From the NCBI GenBank assembly GCA_018665025.1, contig JABJED010000264.1, positions 6,725-70,724 of the forward strand: 64,000 nucleotides of DNA, read 5' to 3'. The position numbers and the translations under genes are program-made. Source of the DNA: Gammaproteobacteria bacterium (GTDB lineage Bacteria; Pseudomonadota; Gammaproteobacteria; Pseudomonadales; Azotimanducaceae). The notes under the pieces were generated by a model. That model did not search any database. It had not been told where the DNA came from and saw only the letters and a list, made by a program, of their open reading frames with translations. Of this stretch, positions 56,482 through 64,000 are shown one piece after another; position 1 is the stretch's first letter; each line of letters begins with the position of its first letter.

Positions 56482-56742
56482 TTATATGTTCCTTGTGCTT
56501 TTATGTGAAGCCTGTCCAGCCAATGTGCCCAGGTTCTTTTCTAACCACTTGATTTTAGAAATTCGCGTTGCTGTAGTCTGGGCCGTAGGGTCAACACAAC
56601 CCGCGTCAAACTCTTCAATCCACTGAAAGTTCATGCCTCTTTCCCAGCAGAATTCCATTTCAGCAGTAGATTGTGTGCCGCTATAAGTAGAGCAACCTGT
56701 GGTCAGTGCGATGAGCAGGAAAGCCAGGATAGTCTTGTACAT
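56482..56742 (-). CDS. Small lipoprotein, function unknown
   Basis: MYKTILAFLLIALTTGCS lipobox, ATG at 56742; the track ORF extends 25 codons upstream. Confidence 0.6.
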   Translation of the reverse strand: MYKTILAFLLIALTTGCSTYSGTQSTAEMEFCWERGMNFQWIEEFDAGCVDPTAQTTATRISKIKWLEKNLGTLAGQASHKSTRNI

Positions 56743-56909
56743 GTTGTTCTCTCTTTTACATATTTGGTTTATGGGAAGAGATTGTAAGGGTGTCTTGTAA
56801 ACGCCGGTTAACGCCAATGTGCACTAATGTAACGGAACGTGACCTATGGGCTTACCGTATGATGTATTTATAAGCTATGGTCCCTGAACAGCTGGCAAAG
56901 GAGTGTTAC

Positions 56910-57284
56910 ATGGCATACCTACCTATCGTAATAGCATTTGGCGTCGGGATTGCGCTTGGCATCGTCATTCACATTTCCATAATGAAACGCAGAAAACCCG
57001 TTTATCTGGTTGTGAGTGCCGAAGTTAGAAACGAAGAAGCACTCGAGCCATACCGGAAACAGGCCGTGCCGCTGGCAGAAGCCGCTGGATTAGAAATACT
57101 CGGCAGCGGTGAAATAGAGTTGATGGAAGGCGACTGGGATCATTTTCCGGCCCTGACTTTGGAAAAATTCGAGTCCAAAGCGGCCTTACATAAGTTCTGG
57201 TATTCCCCCGAATATCAGCAAGCAAAGAAACTTCGTGAAGGGCATCTCGACGTTCAGTTTATCGTCGCCGTCGAAGGCATATAA
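56910..57284 (+). CDS. DUF1330-domain protein with an N-terminal TM helix
   Basis: AAGGAG Shine-Dalgarno before ATG 56910. MAYLPIVIAFGVGIALGIVIHI, then YLVVSAEVRNEEALEPYRKQAVPLAEAAG...FESKAALHKFWYSPEYQQAKKLR. Confidence 0.75.
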   Translation: MAYLPIVIAFGVGIALGIVIHISIMKRRKPVYLVVSAEVRNEEALEPYRKQAVPLAEAAGLEILGSGEIELMEGDWDHFPALTLEKFESKAALHKFWYSPEYQQAKKLREGHLDVQFIVAVEGI

Positions 57285-57601
57285 CCGCTTTACTACATCT
57301 CGGAGATCAGTTGGCCGAGCACCTGGTCGACACGCTACGTTTGCACCCGGTCCGCAAGACTAAACATCGATGCCTGACAATCGCAGACACACATACTCCA
57401 ACTATTGGCGATATTACTGTTACTAACTTGAAGACAGGCGCTAATAACCCTTCTTTGCCTAGAACCTACGACCACCTCTATCCGCTGAGCTAAATCCCTC
57501 GTTCCCGTACACGCAACTGCGGGGTATCATCAGTGGGGTAATTAAACCTGGAACCGTTTCCAAGCCTTTACACCTTACCTGTAACATCTACATAGGTTGT
57601 T

Positions 57602-58486
57602 ATGAAAAATAGGGATGCCATGAAGCCGACGCCAACAGAATATATTCGCCAGACTCGGGAAAGCTACGAAAAACTGGGATTTGAACCCTATCAATGGTTC
57701 CACGCTGAAGATGAACCTAAACTTGCGCCGCTGGCAAAACCATTATCAGAATCAAAGCTGGGGCTAATCTCTACCGCGGGCACGTATGTTCACGGACAGG
57801 TTGCCTACTACTACAAAGATGACACGAGCATCCGCGCGATCCCAAGTGATACCGCCGTCAAAGACATTCGATTCTCGCATATCATGGAAAACTACCTTGA
57901 AGAGGCCCGCCAGGACCCTTGCACAGTCTTTCCCCTGGAGGCTCTCAACCAGCTCGAATCAGAAGGTATTATTGGCGAACTGGCCGGGAACTACTTCTCC
58001 TGCATGGGCGGAATCTATTCAAAGAATCGGGTGATCAACGAGCTGCTACCCAACCTCGAGCAAGCCGTCTCTAAAGAACAGTTAGATCTTCTTCTGTTAA
58101 TTCCTTTGTGACCTGTTTGCCACCAGACCGTGTGTCTGATCGCTCGCCATTTCGAATCACTCGGATTGCCTACGCTGATCCTGGGAAGTGCACTTGATAT
58201 CATGAGCGCGGGGAAACCGCCTCGAGCCAGGTTTGTGAATTATCCGCTGGGATTTGAATCAGGCCGATTCAGGGATAAGACTGATCAGCTTGCCGTTGTT
58301 CGCGAGGCACTGAAAGGGTTCGCAGACATTACCTCTCCGGGCATCGTACCGCTGGACTTCGAGTGGCAGGCAGGCTGGGAGATGCTGAACGAAAGGGAAA
58401 AAGGGAAGCTGGACCATCGAAGCCCACGCACCACAGAACCGCAATACCAGACTGAAGATGATCGACGCGCAGCCAGCGGGCAGTAA
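57602..58486 (+). CDS. GrdB/PrdB-family (glycine/sarcosine/betaine/D-proline reductase selenoprotein B-like) protein with in-frame TGA 58109-58111: candidate selenoprotein
   Basis: Track ORFs 57602..58111 and 58130..58486 share a frame (offset 528 nt) and are split only by TGA plus six sense codons. The joined product reads ...LDLLLLIPL-U-PVCHQTVCLIARHFESLGLPTLILGS...PPRARFVNYPLGFESGRF, family-like on both sides of the TGA. Confidence 0.65.
58124..58138 (+). promoter_or_regulatory. Candidate bacterial SECIS hairpin downstream of the in-frame TGA
   Basis: CAGAC-CGTGT-GTCTG starts 13 nt after the TGA. The loop contains GU about 20 nt from the UGA. The stem can be extended with mismatches (58119-58143). 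Confidence 0.4.
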
Positions 58487-58785
58487 GGGTTAATCAGGCA
58501 CGTTCTACAACGCCCAGGAGCACTACCGGAAAATCTTCAGCGTGAGGATATCGTCGTGGTTAGGGTCTGACGAAAGAACAGCATAAACAGGGCAGGCTCA
58601 ACAAAATACTACTTGAGCAAGCCATTGATCCTATCACCCTGATCGCCAATGAAAGTGCAGACCTGAACCTTGTTACGCAACCAAACCCGCAGGTCATACT
58701 AATGCCCCGCGCGTCAGCATCGTGTGCAGCTTCGTCAAAAAATCCGGTGGATATATCAAAATCGCGTCTGATCCTGACGCTAACC

Positions 58786-59871
58786 TCAGGAGGTTAGCGC
58801 CTGATTTTCCCGCCGCATCAGGTAAGGCGTCTTACCCAGGTTGTCTCGATAACCACGGGCAGCATTCTCGCCAGGGTCCATTACGATATATCGACACAGG
58901 TCCTGCCCATGTGGTGACAACGTATCGAAGACCTCTCTCGGCATACTGATGTGGTGAGGTTCACGATACCAGGGCGCCCAATACTCAACATTCGGCAGCG
59001 CCCGAACATGATTTGACAAGTTTGGTGTCCCACCATGCCACGCCCGGATATCCCGAATGAGTACACTGCCTGCCGAAGCAGGACAGACTGTCGACAATTT
59101 CATCCATTCCGGTTCATCCATCAAGCGCGGGATCGGATCATGATTGTGCTGGGTACCTGGAATCTGGCGCGTGGGACCATTAATTGCTGTGAAATCTATC
59201 ATCAGGAAGTTGCAAACCACGCTGGGCACCGGAAGATCCCTATAGGTAAGAAGGCCACGGTGATCATGAAAGGACCCCGCCACATAATCACCATGAGTTC
59301 GACGATCTCCCATGTCCGAATGCAGCCGCTGATACTCGACAGCTCCAGGAAGACAAAAGTCTCCGGCAGCACCACGGCACATATAGGTAGGCGCACCGAA
59401 TATTGACGTGATGATCGGTGTTACCAACGGCAGATCAACCAGCATAGCCCATTCCAGATGGTGCATTAGCTGGCCCGTTACGCTCGCGCTGCCAAAGGAG
59501 TATCGGTGTGAGCCTCGGTTTCCCTGCCGGTTCCCATCCATTGACATAATTTCACGTATTTCGCGATCGCAACCCTGCTGAATGTAAGTCAGCTGTTCCG
59601 GTGTCAGAACATCTCGCACCACCACAAAACCGTCTCTGTGGAATATCTCTGTGGCCCGCTCGACTTCATCGGGTGAGACAACCTCTAGACCCCGGATGCC
59701 ATTATTTTCAGACAAGTTCTCCCTTAATTCGACAACCTCTTCACTCATTGGGTCGACTTCCACCCAACCCAGATCGTCAAAGGGCACTTTCAGTGCATTA
59801 TTATCCGGTTCTAGTTTTTGTTCCGGCACAGTCATTTCACCTATTTTTTGAACACGTATTGAAACAGCCAA
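58786..59871 (-). CDS. Phytanoyl-CoA dioxygenase (PhyH) family Fe(II)/2OG oxygenase
   Basis: ATEIFHRDGFVVVRDVLTPEQL, QRLHSDMG (HxD), IRAWHGGTPN. The start is either TTG 59871 (track) or ATG 59835 (MTVPEQ...). Confidence 0.8.
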   Translation of the reverse strand: MAVSIRVQKIGEMTVPEQKLEPDNNALKVPFDDLGWVEVDPMSEEVVELRENLSENNGIRGLEVVSPDEVERATEIFHRDGFVVVRDVLTPEQLTYIQQGCDREIREIMSMDGNRQGNRGSHRYSFGSASVTGQLMHHLEWAMLVDLPLVTPIITSIFGAPTYMCRGAAGDFCLPGAVEYQRLHSDMGDRRTHGDYVAGSFHDHRGLLTYRDLPVPSVVCNFLMIDFTAINGPTRQIPGTQHNHDPIPRLMDEPEWMKLSTVCPASAGSVLIRDIRAWHGGTPNLSNHVRALPNVEYWAPWYREPHHISMPREVFDTLSPHGQDLCRYIVMDPGENAARGYRDNLGKTPYLMRRENQALTS

Positions 59872-59953
59872 AAATTCTTGAGGTCAATATAGCGATGGAA
59901 CTCACCAAAGGGTTCAGTGGTTTGCTTCAGTTCTTCCAGGGTCGGGAAATTTT

Positions 59954-60109
59954 TCAATACCTGATGCCTGATGCCAGCTCCCCACAGCCATCAAACATCT
60001 CCTGTAGATGGACCCCAAGAAACCGCAGATCAGCCTCGCGCTCCGGGTAGCTAAAAACGAGATTGTAGCCCGGCGCACGCTCTTTGTAGTAGTGAGACAT
60101 TTCATCCAT
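59954..60109 (-). pseudogene. Remnant of a class I SAM-dependent methyltransferase (N-terminal ~50 aa only)
   Basis: MDEMSHYYKERAPGYNLVFSYPEREADLRFLGVHLQEMFDGCGELASGIRY* resembles the N-terminus up to the start of motif I (E-L-A-S-G), then stops. A tandem CCTGATG duplication sits at 59960-59973. Confidence 0.5.
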
Positions 60110-60223
60110 TGGGCGCAAGTTTAGCGGATAACGACCCAGAGTCAGGTTAGTTTGTCTTATCAAAGTAGATGCATTTCGCTATGCTGCACGACTTCTTTGA
60201 CCATTATTGGGCCAACCCTATAT

Positions 60224-61747
60224 ATGTACCCAGGAAATTTTGACCCCGATCGTCCAGCTTATATCATGGCAGACGCTGGCCTGACCGTCAGCTACGGCGA
60301 ACTGGAAGCTGTTTCTAACCAGATCGCTCATCTGTTCAGGGATTTGGGCCTGAAACGCGGCGATAGTATCGCGCTCTGTCTGGAAAACCACCGCACCTTC
60401 TTCCAGATCTGTTGGGCAGCTCATCGTTCCGGCATCTACTTTACGGCGATCAGCTACCGCCTGCAGGCAGACGAAGTCGAATATATTGTCAACGACTGCG
60501 GTGCGAAAATTTTGATCACGTCCGCCCTGCTCGAAGACACATTCAATGGTTTTAAAGACAAGCTGGTTAACAAGCCTGCGTGTTACATGCTCGATGGCAC
60601 TGCGCAGGGAGCCAGTTCATTCGAAGACGCAATCAAGCCCTACCCGACAGAGCCAATAGCTGATCAGTCCTATGGCCAGAGTCTGCTTTATTCCTCTGGA
60701 ACCACCGGCATGCCGAAAGGCATAAAAAAACCCATGGTTGATGTTCCCTGGGGGGAGCCAGACCCGGTTTTTGAAGCCCGACGAATTCGATACGAATTCG
60801 ATGAAGACGCTATCTATTTGTCCCCGGCGCCGCTTTACCATGCCGCGCCTTTAGGGTTCACGATGAATGTTCTGCGATACGGTGGCACCTGTATTGTGAT
60901 GGAACATTACGAGTCAGAACGCGCGCTTGAGCTTATTGAGCAGTTCAAGGTCACTCACAGCCAATGGGTACCAACTATGTTTGTTCGTATGCTGAAGTTA
61001 CCCGAGGGCGATCGAAGCAGGCACGACCTGAGCAGCCACCGGGTGGCCATTCACGCAGCGGCGCCTTGCCCTATTAGTGTGAAGGAACAAATGATTGATT
61101 GGTGGGGACCCATTGTTCACGAGTACTATGCGGGAACCGAAGGTAACGGTTCAACAACCATTACCTCCGAAGAATGGCTGAGTCACAAAGGCTCCGTCGG
61201 AAAGCCCGCCGGTGAGTGCAAAGTGCACATCATGGATGACGAAGGTGTCGTATTGCCAACAGGCGAAGCCGGCGGCGTGTATTTCGAAGGTGGTGGGCAG
61301 TTCGAATATCTCCACGACGAAGAAAAAACCAATGCCAGCCGAACCTCGAATGGCTGGTCGACCCTGGGAGATATCGGACACCTTGATAAAGAAGGTTACC
61401 TGTACCTTACTGACCGAAAGTCTTTCATGATCATCTCGGGCGGCGTCAACATCTACCCGCAGGAATCAGAAAACGCGCTAATTACCCACCCTGCAGTGAT
61501 AGACGTTGCAGTTTTCGGTGTCCCTAATGAAGAATTCGGGGAAGAAGTGAAAGCCGTGGTGCAACTAGCTGATTTTGGATCCGCTGGACCAGCACTGGCA
61601 GCCGAGTTGATGAATTACGCCAGGCAGAAGATATCGCACATCAAATGTCCCCGATCCATCGATTTTATAGCGGAGCTGCCACGGCATCCAACAGGTAAAC
61701 TCTACAAACGACTCCTCAAAGACAAGTACTGGGAAACAACAAGCTAA
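60224..61747 (+). CDS. Acyl-CoA synthetase / AMP-dependent ligase
   Basis: LLYSSGTTGMPKG (AMP motif), YYAGTEGNG, GDIGHLDKEGYLYLTDRK, PRHPTGKLYKR. ATG 60224; the track ORF starts 24 codons earlier. Confidence 0.9.
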   Translation: MYPGNFDPDRPAYIMADAGLTVSYGELEAVSNQIAHLFRDLGLKRGDSIALCLENHRTFFQICWAAHRSGIYFTAISYRLQADEVEYIVNDCGAKILITSALLEDTFNGFKDKLVNKPACYMLDGTAQGASSFEDAIKPYPTEPIADQSYGQSLLYSSGTTGMPKGIKKPMVDVPWGEPDPVFEARRIRYEFDEDAIYLSPAPLYHAAPLGFTMNVLRYGGTCIVMEHYESERALELIEQFKVTHSQWVPTMFVRMLKLPEGDRSRHDLSSHRVAIHAAAPCPISVKEQMIDWWGPIVHEYYAGTEGNGSTTITSEEWLSHKGSVGKPAGECKVHIMDDEGVVLPTGEAGGVYFEGGGQFEYLHDEEKTNASRTSNGWSTLGDIGHLDKEGYLYLTDRKSFMIISGGVNIYPQESENALITHPAVIDVAVFGVPNEEFGEEVKAVVQLADFGSAGPALAAELMNYARQKISHIKCPRSIDFIAELPRHPTGKLYKRLLKDKYWETTS

Positions 61748-62529
61748 TGATAAATAAACTGTTCGATCTCTCTGGCCGCGTTGCACTGATCACCGGTGGT
61801 AATGGTGGCATTGGCCTTGGCATGGCAGAGGGGCTGGCCTCTCAGGGTTGCGAAGTCAGTATCTGGGGCACCAACCCTGATAAAAATGCCAAAGCGCTCG
61901 AAACGCTGCAGCAGTATGGCCCTAAAGTTTCAGCCCTGAAATGCGATGTCGCAGACCAGCAGGCAGTAGAAGCCTGCTTCAAGCAAACACTTGCAACTCA
62001 CGGCCGGGTAGACGGATGTTTTGCAAATGCCGGTATCGGTGGTCGGCCAACGCAATTCGACCAGATGGAAAAGGAAGAATGGACACGCATCATGGAGGTT
62101 AACCTTGATGGTGTCTTCCATACTTTTCGTTGCGCGGCGGAACATATGCGCCTGCGCTCTGAAGCAGGCGACCCCTTTGGCCGCCTTATCTCAACCGCCA
62201 GCTTAGCGGCGATATCCGGGCAGGCACGCGGCGAACATTATGCGGCAACCAAAGGTGGCCTGATCTCGATGAACAAGGCGCTCGCTGTCGAATACGCCAG
62301 GCATAATGTCACTGCCCACACTATCCTTCCCGGGTGGATCGAAACTGAAATGACGCAGCAGACCTTCAACTCAGAAAAATTTGTGGGCAACGTTATGCCA
62401 CGCGTTCCGATGCGCCGCTGGGGACAACCCGAAGATTTCGCAGGCATTGCCGTTTACATTATGAGCAGCGCCAGCAGCTACCACACGTCAGAAACCTTTT
62501 TGATTGATGGTGGATACGCAAATTTCTAG
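61747..62529 (+). CDS. SDR-family oxidoreductase (FabG-like)
   Basis: ALITGGNGGIGLG, NAGI, YAATKGGL. The start overlaps the upstream stop (TAATG). Confidence 0.9.
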   Translation: MINKLFDLSGRVALITGGNGGIGLGMAEGLASQGCEVSIWGTNPDKNAKALETLQQYGPKVSALKCDVADQQAVEACFKQTLATHGRVDGCFANAGIGGRPTQFDQMEKEEWTRIMEVNLDGVFHTFRCAAEHMRLRSEAGDPFGRLISTASLAAISGQARGEHYAATKGGLISMNKALAVEYARHNVTAHTILPGWIETEMTQQTFNSEKFVGNVMPRVPMRRWGQPEDFAGIAVYIMSSASSYHTSETFLIDGGYANF

Positions 62530-62568
62530 AGCCCCTTAGTTACAGAGGCCCTAAAAGGTTAGTCGTTT

Positions 62569-63768
62569 ATGACCACTGCATTTGATGGCATCAGAATTCT
62601 TGATTTTACGCAGGTACTTGCTGGCCCTTTCGCCGTCATGCAACTGGCGCTACTCGGCGCGGATGTTATCAAGGTAGAACAACCTATTACCGGCGATCAG
62701 ACTCGCGGCCTGATGAACGCAGGTGAAGACCTAAAAATGTCTCCGTCGTTCATGGGCATGAATCTTAACAAGCGAAGCCTTACCCTGAATTTGAAAGCTG
62801 AAAATGCGGCGGGAATTATCAAGAAACTTTTGCCCACGGTTGACGTGATCGTTGAGAACTTTAAAGCGGGCACCATGCAACGCCGCGGTCTTGACTATGA
62901 GACTCTCAGGCAACTGAAACCCGACCTCATTTACTGTTCCATCACCGGCTACGGCCAGACTGGACCCAAAGCCGGAGAAGCCGCTTATGACGGCGCGATT
63001 CAGGCATCCAGCGGCATGATGTCCCAGAACGGACACCCGGAAACAGGCCCAACCCGAACAGGCTATATGCCAGTAGATATGTCCACTGGACTTAATTCAG
63101 CATTTGCCATTTCAGCGGCCCTTTACCGCAAAGCTACTACGGGCGAAGGCCAGTACATCGATGTCGCTATGCTAGATACCGCGATCATTATGCAAGCATC
63201 CCAGTTCAGCAACTACCTTAACCAGGGCACCCTCATTGGGCTTCGTGGAAATGCTTCCCCCACGGGCCAGCCCACTGCCAACGTGTTCCCCACCATGGAC
63301 GGACACATCCAGATAACCGCGCTCCGACAACCACAGGTTGAAAAACTGTTTACCGAACTCGGTCTCGAGCAAATGCTGGAAGATAAAAAATTCGCTACCC
63401 CTGATTCACGTATCAATCATCCAGAGGCAATTTTTGACGCCATGTCCCTGGCGCTTAACCGGCAGACCACCGCGGCGTGGATGAAACAGCTTGCACCAGC
63501 AGGCATTCCCGTCGCCGAAGTGCGTGAACTTCCAGAGGTTGCCAGCGACCCGGATATCACACATAGAAACGCCCTGGTCACCCTGCCTTCGCCGTTGGAC
63601 CCAGATGCAACGGTGACTGTGGCAAAGGCAGGCTATGTCACCAACGTGGACGGGCCCGAGGTGCGCAGCGGACCACCAATGCTTGGCGCCGATACTGACG
63701 ACATTCTGGCCGAGCTGGGTTACGAACCCAAAGAAATAGAACGCTTAAGAAATACAGGTATTATTTGA
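62569..63768 (+). CDS. Family III CoA-transferase (CaiB/BaiF type)
   Basis: GIRILDFTQVLAGPFAVMQLALLGADVIKVE, VIVENFKAGTMQRRGL, ITGYGQTGP. Confidence 0.9.
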   Translation: MTTAFDGIRILDFTQVLAGPFAVMQLALLGADVIKVEQPITGDQTRGLMNAGEDLKMSPSFMGMNLNKRSLTLNLKAENAAGIIKKLLPTVDVIVENFKAGTMQRRGLDYETLRQLKPDLIYCSITGYGQTGPKAGEAAYDGAIQASSGMMSQNGHPETGPTRTGYMPVDMSTGLNSAFAISAALYRKATTGEGQYIDVAMLDTAIIMQASQFSNYLNQGTLIGLRGNASPTGQPTANVFPTMDGHIQITALRQPQVEKLFTELGLEQMLEDKKFATPDSRINHPEAIFDAMSLALNRQTTAAWMKQLAPAGIPVAEVRELPEVASDPDITHRNALVTLPSPLDPDATVTVAKAGYVTNVDGPEVRSGPPMLGADTDDILAELGYEPKEIERLRNTGII

Positions 63769-63784
63769 TGACTGGCTCACGCTA

Positions 63785-64000
63785 ATGGCAGACAAACCCC
63801 TCAATTTTCACCAAAGCACAGACCAAATCGCGACATCAGGGCAACCCGATCGCCGCCAGTTTCACTGGATCGCTGATGAAGGTTACGAGGTCGTGATTAA
63901 CCTTGCGATGCATGATTCGAACAACGCCATCCCCGAGGAAGGTAGCCTTGTGGCATCCCTTGGCATGCAGTACATCAACATTCCGGTTCCGTTTGACGAA
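63785..64000 (+). CDS. DUF442 / TIGR01244-type phosphatase-fold protein, N-terminal 72 aa (runs off the right edge)
   Basis: MADKPLNFHQSTDQIATSGQPDRRQFHWIADEGYEVVINLAMHD...YINIPVPFDE. Not in the track because there is no stop in the window. Confidence 0.5.
   Translation, partial: MADKPLNFHQSTDQIATSGQPDRRQFHWIADEGYEVVINLAMHDSNNAIPEEGSLVASLGMQYINIPVPFDE

Noticed and set aside
58130-58486. Stand-alone 118-aa gene starting at GTG 58130
   Set aside because: No Shine-Dalgarno. It is in the same frame as the upstream ORF with only a TGA between them, and the family similarity continues across the junction. It is better read as the C-terminal half of one TGA-containing gene (or of a pseudogene).
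1-64000. Looked for CRISPR arrays, IS elements, integrases, phage genes, toxin-antitoxin pairs or recognisable defence-system genes
   Set aside because: None found. The only repeats are the 13-nt array, the 228-bp intragenic repeats and the 64-nt palindrome. The window reads as chromosomal metabolic and signalling DNA with local gene decay rather than a mobile or defence island.

Overview
This is a 64-kb chromosomal segment from a Gram-negative, proteobacterial-type heterotroph. The evidence for that is an LpxR-like outer-membrane protein, a TonB-dependent receptor, lipoproteins and a sigma-54 regulator. I see about 55 protein-coding loci and no rRNA, tRNA, CRISPR array, transposase or integrase. 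Left to right the window holds: a modF-like fragment, ilvC, an LpxR-like gene, an aldo-keto reductase and a TauD-family dioxygenase; an acyl-CoA dehydrogenase pair with a crotonase; and a large minus-strand signalling block. That block runs sigma-54 enhancer-binding response regulator, sigma-54 promoter, secreted LARFLW tandem-repeat protein, propeller sensor kinase, REC-PAS-GGDEF*-EAL regulator, second propeller sensor kinase. Next come malate synthase G beside an operon of GltB-like, dienelactone hydrolase, CitE-like, MFS and a broken amidase, then a TPP riboswitch controlling a TonB receptor plus a PnuC-family transporter. After that come a lipoprotein plus HAMP-cyclase pair, a Baeyer-Villiger monooxygenase, a BCCT transporter, and a patch of decayed genes (SDR remnant, esterase with an amber stop). 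A Dpp-type ABC importer cluster carries a PhnZ/TmpB-like HD-domain gene, a homocysteine S-methyltransferase-family gene, an alpha/beta hydrolase and a gamma-butyrobetaine-hydroxylase-like dioxygenase. The right end has a GrdB/PrdB-family gene interrupted by a single in-frame TGA (candidate selenoprotein), a PhyH dioxygenase, and an acyl-CoA synthetase, SDR and family III CoA-transferase set. The three things most worth following up are the candidate U-x-x-C selenoprotein with a SECIS-like hairpin, the HD-oxygenase/ABC/BBOX-like cluster (possible oxidative C-P cleavage of a quaternary aminophosphonate), and the sigma-54-wired double-kinase operon headed by a repeat protein I do not recognise. 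All calls come from reading the translations and the DNA by eye; no database search was run.
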